A stretch of DNA of 63,084 nucleotides, the filler included, from Octopus bimaculoides (lineage: Eukaryota): the NCBI RefSeq assembly GCF_001194135.2. It is 8 parts of 8 records of this genome, joined end to end, with 100 filler letters (N's around TTAATTAATTAA, not from the genome) between each part and the next. Parts side by side here need not be neighbours in the genome. Positions count along the whole stretch, not along the records: positions 17,229 to 28,644 come from NC_068985.1; positions 28,745 to 41,433 come from NC_069006.1; 6 more parts are not named here. One strand, 5' to 3'. A program made the translations under genes and the position numbers. This document shows positions 20,352-33,602 of this stretch, one piece after another (position 1 is the first letter of the stretch; each line of letters starts with the position of its first letter). Under the pieces are notes generated by a model, which was not told the DNA's origin, did no database searches, and saw only the letters and a list, made by a program, of their open reading frames with translations.

Positions 20352-21024
20352 TGTGTATAAGGGACCAGTCTCTCAAAGTTTAAAAACCAAAACCAATTGT
20401 AAGAAAAAGGTGTTTAGACATTCTCATTTTTTTATAAAGTAGACGTCAACAATAAAATTCGAAGTTAAAAGATCGGAAGTGATTAGACGTGTTACACGAT
20501 AAAAGAAATATTGAGAAACTAACGTTCTGAAGCTGCTACCCCGAGAGAAAGATATATAACACCAACAGTGAAGATGGAGGGCCGTGCTTGCTAGAAACAG
20601 AAAGCAATAGCGACGTAAACGAAGTGAGAGAAGAAATTACCAAGCAACGCAAAATGTAATCAGATTAGTGGTTTAAAGAATATAAAAAATGAGAAAATAA
20701 ACGATATGTAGATATATATATATACATGTATGTATGTCTGTATGTATGTATGTTTAAAGCAGGGCGATAAGAAATGTAAACTAATTACACAGGAGAAAAT
20801 AGATTTAGATATGAAGAAAACAACTGAAAAGTTTCCAGAAAGAAATGAGCGAATGTTTTAAAAATTACAGAAAATTACAAACGATAAAAATTTGAAGAAG
20901 TATTCACTGAATGGATCGTAGCTCACGATTAGGGAGAGAGGAATTGTAAGTTTTTGCATTAAAAGCTGAAGGCTCAAGTCTGTTCTTAGATGCAGACGAC
21001 CAGAACAACATGAAATATGACGTG

Positions 21025-21059
<35 letters not shown>

Positions 21060-21129
21060 GTGTATGTATGTATGTATGTATGTATATATATATATATCTA
21101 CACAGACATGCAGGAAGTAAATAGACACG

Positions 21130-21410
21130 CAGACGTATAGCACACGTTCTTGGACTAACTTCTAGCTGTTTGCAATATCAGAAGCCTTCGAATGGGGTTC
21201 GTTTTCCACAATTCTCTTCAAACAGCGAAGCTTCCTTTCCGAGGGGCAAAGTCGGCCGGGAAGAAAATCTGTTGATTCTTTTCCTTAGCTTTTGAATTGC
21301 ACTATAATTCTATTAACAGTAGCAACAGGAATTCGAAAATTTTCGGCAATTTTTCGCTGGCTAAGACCAGCCTCAGATTTCCCAATAATCTGCTGAATGA
21401 TTTGGGCGTG
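21130..21410 (-). mobile_element. Tc1 transposase N-terminal HTH fragment
   Basis: Translates [77 protein letters not shown]. Confidence 0.75.
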
Positions 21411-21565
21411 GAATGATCACTATTCACAAATGTTTAATATAATGGCACTTGGAATGAAAAAGAATAATTACTTTGTAAATTCTACATCGCTGAAAACATA
21501 TTAAGATGCTTAGATCAGAAATTTTGAAATATAAAGGTGTATATTTACTCTCTGCATATCTGTGA

Positions 21566-21599
<34 letters not shown>

Positions 21600-21675
21600 A
21601 TGTCTTCTGTAGTTTTTTTACTCTATTTCGACTTATACATCCAACCACGTGCTTTCAGATACCAACTCTCTTACC

Positions 21676-21771
<96 letters not shown>

Positions 21772-23039
21772 TGTGTGCGTGTGTGTCTGTTTACATACAT
21801 AAATATGCCTGCCTGTATACATGCGCATAGATATTCATGAATTAGATGCATGCATTGTGTAATATATTTTACCATTTAAATGTGTTAAGCAATGTGAACT
21901 TTAAAGGCATCATTTTAAACAGCTGCAACTGAAATTTTGCAATTATGAAAAAAAAGTGAAAACAATCCACGAATGAATAACGTTCTTCATTTTTCAGTAG
22001 AGATTTTGAACAATTGTAGACAAACACACTTGAGTCTATGGTCAATGCTTACAGTTCCTAAATGAAATATAACATAATAAAAAATAGATAAGAAATGAAT
22101 AATTTTTTTATCTTAGATGATTACTTTACAGGACAATTGGCGCAAGGCACTCAAATAGAAATGTATTTCTACTGTAATCATGGTACTTGTTTTTGTTGCT
22201 CTTAGCAAATTGCAAGCAATTTTATATTCATGATTTCACATTGAGCTTTTACTTTGTCATGTGACATATTTCTATGGCAAGGAAGAAATATGTTAGCGAT
22301 AGCGCAATATCACGTTTCAACCATAGAAATGGAAAAAACAATATCAGCTTAAGTTTAATATAATCACTATGGATTCGAAATAGATTTCATGGTTATTTCG
22401 AAAGAGATCATTAATCTAAACTACCAATAGAATAACTGGATAAGGATTACATTTCGTGTTTTAAAGATTTTAATTAAACTGCCACGAAGTCTTCTGACAT
22501 GACTATATTCAGAAATTTGTTTTGAAAAAAAGAATCACGAATGTTCATCTTCAGTTATATTTCTCGCGAGATTAAGTAATGAATTCTTACAAAAGAGCAG
22601 GTTGGACCACTATATGGCGAATAGCGTTCGTACACAAATGCTATGTCAAGAATTGATGAATAAGTATAATGATTTACAGAAGTGATGTTGTGTAGTTGAA
22701 ATAGTGTGAAAACAGAAATAATGTGAAATAGTGTGAAAACAGTTGAAATAGTGTGTAAAATACAAGAGTATATTGAAGCCAATTGCTTTTAAGTTAACGT
22801 GAGAAAAGGGTTCCAGCGATGTGGGAGCGTACATTCTGTTGCAAAATTAGAGAGAAAGAAGAAAGCAAGACATGTACAACACACTAAAAATTAAACCGAT
22901 ACAAAGTCTGACTAATGTCAATTTATGCACTAAAGTAGGTGGAGAAAAATGTGAACATAAATGTCGCTCAAATGGTGACGGGCTAGCTACATGATATTTG
23001 CTTATAGCAAACATATATATCCATACAATCATGGGTATT

Positions 23040-23215
23040 TTATCGTCTCCCTTTGCGTTCTGAGTTCAATTTCCTCCGAGGTCGACTTTGCCTTTCATCC
23101 TTTTGGGGTCGATAAATTAAGTACTAGTTGCGTATTGGGGTCGATCTAATCGACTGACCCCTCCTCTGAAATTTCGGTCCTTTTGCCTAGAGTTGAAAAT
23201 AATATTTCAAAAGTA
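23040..23215 (+). mobile_element. 5'-truncated family A SINE
   Basis: GAGTTCAATT..GGTCGACTTTGCCTTTCATCCTTTTGGGGTCGATAAATTAAGTAC. Confidence 0.75.
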
Positions 23216-23866
23216 GAACATATTACTAGGTTGAACTAGTACCATGATTGTTACCAAATCTGGAATGGGGAGAATAAATTTTGTGGCCGAGTAAAAAGAT
23301 TATAACGATTATAGTGATGTTTACATTAAGTTAACGTATTTACCATTCCAGCAAATACGAAAAAAAATGTATCTTAAATTATTTTCGAATCTTCTTATCT
23401 CCAAGCATTGCATGGGTTTCGAATCAATGTGTGATATGAGCAAAATAATATGGGTACATTTTGGATAAAGCAGCATGTATTATTACAATTAAATTATAAT
23501 AATATAGCAAGAAAGATATTTCGGTGGTTGCACAATAATTCATTAAATATGATTGACATTCTCTCTGGAACAGTGTAACTCCAGCAGCGTAAGCTTTCTA
23601 TTCTAATAATCTCATTTTGTATAGAAGTAAAACTTAGAGTTAATATTTACAGTCTGTGTGATATCTAGTTTGAAAAATGAATTATCTAGTGTAAAGAGGT
23701 AATAACAATGACAATAAAATAACATCAACAAAATCAACAACTATAGCAACAAGAACAATAATAATAATGCTAGTGATAATAATAATAATAATGATAATAA
23801 TAATAATAATGATAATAACAACAAAGGGGCGACGGCAGCGTTTATGATTTGATGTTGATGTTGAAT

Positions 23867-23928
<62 letters not shown>

Positions 23929-26332
23929 AACAACGTCGATGATGATGAGGGTGATGGTGATGATGACGATGACCGTGATGATGATTTGCAAAGAAAAAAA
24001 ATATCAACAGCAACGACAGAAGGATAAATAAAAAATGATCACGATATTTGCAGTGTAAAAAAAAATATTAGTGATATCATTGGGATATTAGTGAAATTTT
24101 GCAATGCTTTGAATTCTACCGAAGTAATCATTTTCTCGTGTTGTATTATTGATATAATATAGAATTATTGAATATCTCTATTCTAATTTTCAAAGGTATT
24201 CTCTTCTTACAACAAAATTATACAAACAACATATTCTGAAATTTCATATTATTATTCCACTTGAAAAATATATGGGAATATATAAATATTATCATTATTA
24301 TTATTATTATTNNNNNNNNNNNNNNNNNNNNNNNNNNNNNNNNNNNNNNNNNNNNNNNNNNNNNNNNNNNNNNNNNNNNNNNNNNNNNNNNNNNNNNNNN
24401 NNNNNNNNNNNNNNNNNNNNNNNNNNNNNNNNNNNNNNNNNNNNNNNNNNNNNNNNNNNNNNNNNNNNNNNNNNNNNNNNNNNNNNNNNNNNNNNNNNNN
24501 NNNNNNNNNNNNNNNNNNNNNNNNNNNNNNNNNNNNNNNNNNNNNNNNNNNNNNNNNNNNNNNNNNNNNNNNNNNNNNNNNNNNNNNNNNNNNNNNNNNN
24601 NNNNNNNNNNNNNNNNNNNNNNNNNNNNNNNNNNNNNNNNNNNNNNNNNNNNNNNNNNNNNNNNNNNNNNNNNNNNNNNNNNNNNNNNNNNNNNNNNNNN
24701 NNNNNNNNNNNNNNNNNNNNNNNNNNNNNNNNNNNNNNNNNNNNNNNNNNNNNNNNNNNNNNNNNNNNNNNNNNNNNNNNNNNNNNNNNNNNNNNNNNNN
24801 NNNNNNNNNNNNNNNNNNNNNNNNNNNNNNNNNNNNNNNNNNNNTATATATATATACATATATACTTATATATATAAATATACGTATATATATATATGTA
24901 CATATAAATTATATATATATATGTATATATATATATGTATATATTTCTTTTCATGTACAGTACATATATATGTATATTTATATACTTATACATAAATACA
25001 AATATGTGTGCGTGTGCGTATGTATGTGTCTGTGGGCGTGTGTATGTGAGCATCGTTATATGTTTGTATATTTATATGAAAAAGTACACATTTAGAAGCA
25101 GACATTGCTATATCATTCAAAGTATAATAGTTGAACGTGTATGCGATGCAGAGATTCTGAGCACAGGACAACAAAAAAATATAATGAAACAACTAAGAAT
25201 ATAAGAAATATTTATAAAAACGAAATCTTCTGTAGTGAATTTGAATACAATTTCTTTTCTATTCATATCTGTTCTTTTGTAAATTTATATTTTTGTATGT
25301 GATTCATCGGTTTATATATTATTTGTTTTATTTCACCAAGATCTATGTTTACCGGAATGCGTAGCCATTTTCAGACTAAAACATTTCAGAAAGCAGTCTT
25401 AGTGAAGTACATGATAATTGTATAAATTTTGTTATTGTCATCGTCATTATCAGTATTATTATTATCATGAATAATAACAAAAATAATATTAATAAGTTTT
25501 GTTAGTATTTTTACTCTTTCTTCTCATTACTCATCTTGTTATTTTTATATTTGTTGTAGTAGATGTATACATCACCATACATACATGTATTTATGTGTAT
25601 GTATATATATATTATATGTATGTGTATATATGTATATATATAAGTAGGTAGGCAGGTAGATAGATAGGTAGGTATATATACATATATGTACACTCTTGTA
25701 TTTTATTTGTATTTTAAATATTTACTTGTATATTTATTTATCCTTATTAGAACTGTCAATATTGTTCGACTATTTCACGAAGTAAAATCTGGATCATTTG
25801 TTGCAATTCCTCCAGTGATTATTTGCCCTTATTTACACTAATAATTTTCATTTAAAAAACAAAAAGAAAAAGAGATAGTCAGTGAGACCGAGAGAGAAAG
25901 ATTCAAAGATATAGAGAGGGGGAGGGAGACCGATAGAGAGGGAGATGACAATATCCAAATCAAGTGATATATCTAAAGAAAAGAAAATTAATTTTTCTGT
26001 CTCTATCACTCATCACAACTCGTTTTTGTTTTAATATTTTTATCGCCAAAACAACGATTTTTTTTTTATTTGATATTATTTTCTGAGAATTTTTCTTTTT
26101 TTTTTCACTCAATGTCTGTTTCGCTTCTTTGGCTTTGCTTCGTTTCATTTTATTTATGTTTTCTTCTTATTATTTTTACTATTATTATTATTTCTGTTTT
26201 GTATTTTATCAATCGAACTGATTTGCTGGCAAGTAAATAATCAGAAAATGTGCGGAAAGTTTCGGCAAAATTTTCAGTTCTTTATTCGTTTGCAATTTTC
26301 TATTGTATTAAATTTTATGCTGGCTGCTGTTC

Positions 26333-26368
<36 letters not shown>

Positions 26369-26407
26369 NNNNNNNNNNNNNNNCTGCTGCTGCTGCTGCT
26401 GCTGCTG

Positions 26408-26443
<36 letters not shown>

Positions 26444-26756
26444 TTACTACTGCTACTGCTGCTGCTGCTGCTAATATCATGATAAATATTTTTTTTGAAT
26501 TCCGTCATAGTCGTTGAAAGGATTACATGTTGAGTAGTGGGACTGATTTTATAGGCTTTCCATCTTTTTAAAATGATGGGACTTGTGTTATATCTGAAAT
26601 TCATGCTATCGTCCTCGTCAGTCACCTCTAACACAACCAGAGTCACCTCTAGTATCTCCTTTCTCATCATAAGCATGATCCTTCTCATAATCGGTTTTGT
26701 CATCGCCATGTTCGTCGTCGTCATTGTCGTTGATCTTGCTATTGTTGTTCTTATTG

Positions 26757-27557
26757 TATTACTTCCGCCAAGGAAGTAGGTTATGTTTTCATCGGAGTTG
26801 GTTTGTCCGTCTGTGTGCAAAATAACTAAAAACAAATTGTGAACGGTATTTAAAGAAACTTGCAGGAAAAGTTGGTAATGGCACAAGAAACAGATGATGA
26901 AATTTTGGTAGTGATCCGGGAATCTTTATGGATTCTTGAAGGATTTTTCATTTGTTATATTTACTTTACGTGAAGTATTACAATGTTACCTTCTTTGATT
27001 ATCTCCCTTCAAAATACGTTCTTCATTTCAACGTAACCTATGGTGACGTTGCTGTTTCCAAAGTTTATTTTGTTTCTCTATTAGTAATTTTACTCGCGTA
27101 TCTATCTTAAAATGAGCTGCTTGGCGGAGGTCTACGGAGGATGACATGATAAGCCTTGACTATTGGGATCGACTCAAAAAGCTCAGGCTTTGCTCCTTCC
27201 ACCGCCGATGTGGGTTCTATATCAGCTGTATGATGTGGAAAATATTCCATCAAGATTGTCCATCTTTAAAAATTGTCCGAGACTTAGCCGCCGTGCTATC
27301 GGTCCACTACAGAAAAGTTCATATCGTATCACAACACTATGACATGACTAATTAACCTCAATTGGCCCTGCTCTCTTGGACATCGTGCCAGACACACATA
27401 AAAGAGGAAATTTGCTGTGTTATTGCTTTTAATCCCGCCAAGGAGCTTATGTTTTTGCCGGCGTTGGTTTTGGAAATTGAGCGATTTTCAGCATGCTTGT
27501 ATATAAGTGGAAATGTGCTGCTCGGCGGAGGTCTGCGCTCTCCGAGTGCTTTTCTAG
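26757..27557 (+). mobile_element. Helentron-associated (HINE-like) element with a nested LINE fragment
   Basis: 5' subTIR TATTACTTCCGCC, 3' subTIR GGCGGAGGT, hairpin GCGCTCTCCGAGTGC and CTAGT end. Confidence 0.6.
27140..27400 (+). mobile_element. CR1/L2-group LINE ORF2 C-terminal fragment
   Basis: LDYWDRLKKLRLCSFHRR..YISCMMWKIF resembles the L.Y.ERL..L.L.SL..RR.R motif. Confidence 0.6.
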
Positions 27558-28119
27558 TTGCAAGTATTATGTTCGGTTTGTCGTTTTTGTCCCTACGTCA
27601 TATTTAACCACAATTTCTGTCTCGGTTCAGGAGCAAAACATACATTTTGTTGCCAAGATTTTTCGCGTTTCGTATATGTTTCCAGAGACATATTGATTTG
27701 AAATTTTGGTACGAGGCTAACAAATTCGAGGTGAACTGTGTCGATTACATTGACACACCCGCACAGCCAGTGCCCATTTTATCGATCCCTGAGAGGGGAA
27801 AGGAGAATTAAACCTCGGCAGAATTTGAACTCTCAACATAAAGAGGACGAAATACTGCTAACAGTTCTGACAGTTCATTAATTGCCGGAGAAATATTGCT
27901 GTCTGAATGAGATATATTATTGGCAAGGCAGCTACTTCCCCGTGAAGGTCATTCTTTTGTAACAGGTTCTCAAACTACCAATAATAATCGGCCATCACAT
28001 ACACTTCTAAACTTCTTAATGCTAGGTTTTGGAATTGTTATATAAATCTGAATCAGTTATAAAACATTAATTATATTATTTGCGTTTGACAGATATTTGT
28101 CTGCATCTTGTTTGTTGTT

Positions 28120-28162
28120 AACACAACGTTTCGGCTGTATCCTCCAACCTTCATCAGGTGTC
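28120..28162 (-). ncRNA. Minimal type I hammerhead ribozyme motif, canonical core
   Basis: GACAC CTGATGA A GGTTG gaggata CAGCC GAA AC GTT^GTGTT: stem I, CUGAUGA core, 5-bp stem II, GAAA, palindromic ACGT stem III and a GUU site. Confidence 0.75.
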
Positions 28163-28198
28163 TTGGGGAAATTTAGAACCTGGGTTCTCATATGTCAC

Positions 28199-28270
28199 GG
28201 GCATATGGCGAAGTGGTTCAGAGCGCGGGTTACTAATCCCAAGATTCTGAGTTCGATGCCCGGCAGTAAC
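28199..28270 (+). mobile_element. tRNA-head-only SINE followed by (AAT)n
   Basis: A box TGGCGAAGTGG and B box GTTCGATGCC. Cloverleaf stems are imperfect and there is no T-run terminator. The (AAT)n array spans 28274-28393. Confidence 0.6.
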
Positions 28271-28330
28271 ATGAATAATAATAATAACAATAATAATAAT
28301 AATTATAATAATAATAATAAAAATAATAAC

Positions 28331-28393
<63 letters not shown>

Positions 28394-28644
28394 CACAAAA
28401 CACGAGCAAAACAAAAAACTGTTTTCAGTATTTAAGGAAGCTGACAAATACAAACAAGAAATCAATCTACCTAACACATACGAAGAAGAAGAAGAAGAAG
28501 AAACAACAAAAGCTATAAAACAAATGAAATCCAAACTAAAACTAGAACAGCAACGGACCATGATAAAACGATGGCAAGAAAAGCCCCTACATGGTAAATA
28601 CTGGGCTAAACTAAATGCGAAAGAAATAGACAGAGAAAAATCCC
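28394..28644 (+). mobile_element. 5'-truncated R4/Dong-type copy starting inside (AAT)n
   Basis: Its last ~145 bp overlap 17326-17465 with several substitutions, so it is a distinct copy. Encodes NLPNTYEEEEEETTKAIKQMK..KPLHGKYW. Confidence 0.8.
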
Positions 28645-29584
28645 NNNNNNNNNNNNNNNNNNNNNNNNNNNNNNNNNNNNNNNNNNNNTTAATTAATTAA
28701 NNNNNNNNNNNNNNNNNNNNNNNNNNNNNNNNNNNNNNNNNNNNAAATCACGCACAAACATATCGTGCATTTGTTAAGCCTATTTGCGTATACGTCATAC
28801 ACACATCCATATATATATATATATATATATATACATTCATATGCAAACAGCTGTGTATAGAAATATATACAAATACTTTTATACACACACACACACAACA
28901 CACATACATAGAAACATAGCAAGGTAACAACACGTCCATATTAATATGTATGTATGTATGTGTGTGTATATATATATATATATATATAGGTTAGGTGACG
29001 AAAATAGCTTTTAAAACAAACTCTAAAAGATAAGGGTCGGTCTGTTTGGGTGTCTTTCGATGCCAAATATCTCTAGAATTCTGCTTATCTGTGACTAAGA
29101 TACCATTTTTCACATGTTAACTAGCAAGGTTGATTCACGCTAGGGTGTATAAGACTTGTGTGTAGGTGTGTGTGTGCTGGGTAGAATGTCTGTTGTATTT
29201 TGGAATCTTTTAGTTATCAATGAACACTGAGTCCATTCTTCGTTCAAGTCCCTTCATTGAACCAGGGAATATGTATCCCTTGTTATATGTATTGTGTGTA
29301 TGTATATATAGATATAATATAAATAATATATATATACATGTATATATGAACATACCTGCAAATATATGTATATATACATGCGTATATGAGTACAGGACGT
29401 CAACAAAAAAATGTGAACAAAATGAAAAATGAAAACATAAGAAAACAAAAATATGGAAAACAAACTTTTTTTCGAACAACGAAAGAAACAAATAGACAGG
29501 CAACATAAAGAAACAATCCCTTTATCAGTTGTCCCCTGTTTTATCTTCTCTGTGTATGCATGTGCATATGCATTCACGTTTAAG

Positions 29585-29643
<59 letters not shown>

Positions 29644-30422
29644 AGAGAGACTGAGGGAATAATTATAATTCTGGCTATCACCTCATTAGCACATCATGCG
29701 GGATCTTGGCTAGCGTGGTATTCCAAGATCAAAAGGAGATCCGTAAGATTGATACTAAAGAGAGCTCTGCAAAACTCCAAGGCAAGATCCTTATTAAGTC
29801 GATCGTACCTTCCAGCCATGGCATTCGAAGAAGAGAATGGCGTCTAGCAATATTATTACATATTCCCATTTATTACGACATGTATTACATGACACTCTAC
29901 GAATTGCATAGCATTGTAGGAGATATGGAATAAATGACTTGTTAAAGTTATCGCTGCAGATTTTCAATAGGAATTATAACCAGCGCTGATTTTGTTACGA
30001 TGTTTCGCATTCGAGTACGCTTAATGTAAACAACAAGAAGATCGAAGAGGAAAAATGGATAATGGGCGTATATGCCATATTTCAGGAGTGTTTGCTCCTT
30101 CATCATCAGCCATCGAAATCCATTGATCATTTACGAGCTCATTGCTTAAATAGTCACCAAATATAGCGGTGTAACGTTATTTGGAAATACCAATTTTATA
30201 TATAAAATACGTTCCTGGAAGCTGATACGTAAATATTCTTTTCTACTTGAGGCACAAGGCCCGAAATTTTTGAGGAGGAAGGCAGTCGATTAGATCGACC
30301 CCGGTACGCAACTGGTACTTAATTCATCGACCCCGATAAATGTTTCTTAAGGCCTGGTACTAATTCTATTCGACTCTCTTATCGAACCGCTAAGTTACGG
30401 GCAGGTAAACCAATCAACACTG

Positions 30423-30467
<45 letters not shown>

Positions 30468-30859
30468 TATGCATGTATGCATACACACAACAGGCTTCTT
30501 TCAGTTTCCGTCTACCAAATCTACTCTCAGGAGTTTGGTTGGCCAGGGTCTGTACTAGAAGACACTTGCCTAAGGTACCATGCAGAAGGACTGAACCAGG
30601 AACCACGCCTGTGTGTGTGTGTGCTTGCCTGTGTGTGAGTGCGCCTATGTGTGTGTTTGCCTCTGTGTTTGTGTGTGTGCTTGCTTCTGTGTGTGTATGC
30701 ACGTGTGTACTTGCTTCTGTGCGCGCGTGTGTGTGAGTGTATGTATATATATCACATATGGTAGAGAGGTAGATATGTTGTAAAAGACAGATAAGAAATT
30801 ATTTATGCAATGATTGTGAAGTAGACGAACTAATTGACAATCATGTTCAGCAAACAGTT

Positions 30860-30892
<33 letters not shown>

Positions 30893-30899
30893 GTCTGTC

Positions 30900-30931
<32 letters not shown>

Positions 30932-31064
30932 CCCCCCACACACACACCCACTCTCGCGCCAATACTGCAACAATATTGCTGTTGAATTGTTGGGCAAGCA
31001 TGACATCCATATCTAAATTCTATTATTTTTCAGATAATTCTGTTGTGGTCTGATAATTCTATTA

Positions 31065-31370
31065 GGAAGGCCGCGCGAAAAAGCCAGAAATAAAGATAAT
31101 AATCAATAAATAAATAAGTACATTACTTCATATTAACAGTTACTAAATAAATAAATAAATAAATAAATATAGTCTCGGCCTGGTGCGCATGCGCAGACGC
31201 CCGGTCTCTTTCTGCCTCTCTAAGTGTGTAATGGAGAACATTGATGTATGGCTGAGCGGAGTGTGCGGTTCGATTGTGATCTCTGTGTTAGTCGGTGTAC
31301 GTAGGGGAGGTGGGGGTGGAGTAGGTGTGTGGGGGTGGTGTGCGTAGGGGTGGGGTTATCTGTAGGGGTG
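31065..31370. promoter_or_regulatory. Candidate promoter island (E2F, NRF1, G-quadruplex)
   Basis: GCGCGAAA at 31073-31080, TGCGCATGCGCA at 31184-31195, six G4-5 runs at 31304-31368, and local CpG enrichment. Confidence 0.4.
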
Positions 31371-31549
31371 TGGTGGTGGTGGTGGTAACGGTGCCGGTGT
31401 TGGCAGTTGTAACATTTTAGTACACTTGGATTATCGTACATGTTTAATGTGTGTACGCATGTGTGTGTGTGTGTGTGTATGCATATATTTGTATATGCGT
31501 GTGTTTATGTATGGTTGTATGTGTGTATGTATCTGTACGCGAACGCTTG

Positions 31550-31580
<31 letters not shown>

Positions 31581-31985
31581 GCACATACAGTATGTATACA
31601 TATGTGTATGTGTTTATGTTTACTTATATGTATGTATCTGTCTACGTGTGTATACGCACACATTTACACACACACACACACACATATATATATACATATA
31701 TACACATATTATGTATACATGCTTGTGTGTATGCATGTATGTATGTGGATTCATGTAATGATGTATCTAACTTTCTCGTCATATAATTACACACATACAC
31801 ACGCACACACACATCCTTTCCAACATATTACCCAAGATAAATTCGATGAATAAGAGATAAGAAAAATGTCTGCATAATGAAACAGCAGGGGTATATAAAT
31901 GGCAGTTCTCTAGTCTACAGTCTTTCACGTGACACACACCGACACACCATCAGACCTACAATCAAAGCTACATGCATATATGATT

Positions 31986-32025
<40 letters not shown>

Positions 32026-32961
32026 TCTACTACAACCGCTCCTTTTATTCCACTTAGTCTAAAAGCGCTGATCGATCTGTGACTGATGTATTTCTTCTCT
32101 AGCATATTCCAAGAACTACTATTTTCTCTGTTGCCAGTAAGCCATTCCACTCTGCAACTCTGCAAGGATGTTCGCTGCTAACCTGAAGATTACCGGGTTT
32201 TTTTTTATTTTCGTTTTTGTTGCTGGTTTTTCTTCTTCCTGTTTAAATTTATTGAATAACTTCCGTTTTCTGGTTATGTTATTTTATAATAATAATAATA
32301 ATAATAATAATGTGGTAGTGGTGGTTGTGGAGGAAGCTGTAGGGGCTGTGTGGAGGGGAAGTATAAAGAGGGGGATAAAGAGAGAGGGGATCATAGGGAT
32401 ACGCGAGGAATTTGTAGGGAGATGAACGGAATAGGGAAATATGTGTGTATGTATGTGCGTACGTATCTATGTATATACATATATGTATGTCCATATACAT
32501 GTGTGTGTGTGTATCTGTCTGTATATGTATATACGAAATGTATGTTTATGATACTTGTGTGTATGTATGTAATACAGGGTTACTATGGTCGCCCTTGGCT
32601 TATCTGCAATAAACTGTTGCTTTCTAAGCTTTAGTCATAATCAGAGATTATCAAACATGCCACCTTTTGTAAGATCTGTAGATTTGTGTTTGTGTGTGTG
32701 AAATAACACACAGGCGTGGCTGTGTGATAAGCTTGCTTCCCAACCACATGGTTCCGGGTTCAGTCCCACTGCATGGTACCTTGTCCAAGTGTCTTCTATT
32801 ACAGCCTCAGGCCGACCAAAGCATTGTGTGTTGATTTGATAGACAGAGACTGAAGGAAACCCGTCGACCCCCTCCTTAACCTGCTTCCTCCATGTGTGGC
32901 GGGCCGAAAGTTACGCACCAAAACATTCACAATTTTTATTTATATTGCATTATTATTAAAG

Positions 32962-33116
32962 AGGTATTATGGTAGACCCGTTTGAAAGGACTAAAGACTG
33001 ACACTTTCTTCTTCGGCCAAGCTCTCATCAACTTTTTTGAGTTTCACTTGGAAAAGAAGTTGAGGGTGGAGAGGGAAGTGTTGCCTTCTAACAAGTTTGT
33101 TGAAAGGTGGGTGTAA
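32962..33116 (+). mobile_element. Tx1/L1-type ORF2 extreme C-terminal fragment
   Basis: VLW*TRLKGLKTDTFFFGQALINFFEFHLEKKLRVEREVLPSNKFVERWV* (W..R and F..RW pattern). Confidence 0.45.
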
Positions 33117-33398
33117 CCCAGTGCTCTTCAGAGGTAGCCGTTATGGAATGAAATACGGACAATAGAGGACAATATTTATTGAATGAAACAGTTACAGAGA
33201 CTCACATACAACACTTCAAGTTTCTCTTGCAAACTATACAATTATCACCGCACTTCGCCAGCTGCCTGAAGCCCGGTGTCTTTACAGATAGCCAGAAAGT
33301 GTGGTGACAGTTGCTTTTGATAGGACCCTATGGAAGAGGTTCCTGAGGACTTTACACCCACGATCCTCCCAAGAATAGCGGGTGGAGAAGATGGATGG

Positions 33399-33429
<31 letters not shown>

Positions 33430-33557
33430 CACGCACACGCACACGCACGCGAAACTAGCATATACGCTAATGAAACACGTCTAAAGAGTATGTAAGCAAC
33501 GATATTGCAATACATCTGTTTTATTCTGCGCTCGGATATACACTCCGTAAATTATGG

Positions 33558-33602
<45 letters not shown>

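Noticed and set aside
22695-22765. CRISPR-like or functional array (GTTGAAATAGTGTGAAAACA repeats)
   Set aside because: About three imperfect adjacent units without unique spacers, in a eukaryotic context with no cas genes. A local tandem duplication.
28199-28270. Functional tRNA gene
   Set aside because: Acceptor and anticodon stems pair poorly, and it is followed by (AAT)n rather than a T-run.
30075-30125. Minus-strand CTGATGATGAAGGAG..CTCCTGAAATATG
   Set aside because: Insertion in the core, no NUH triplet and no stem I.
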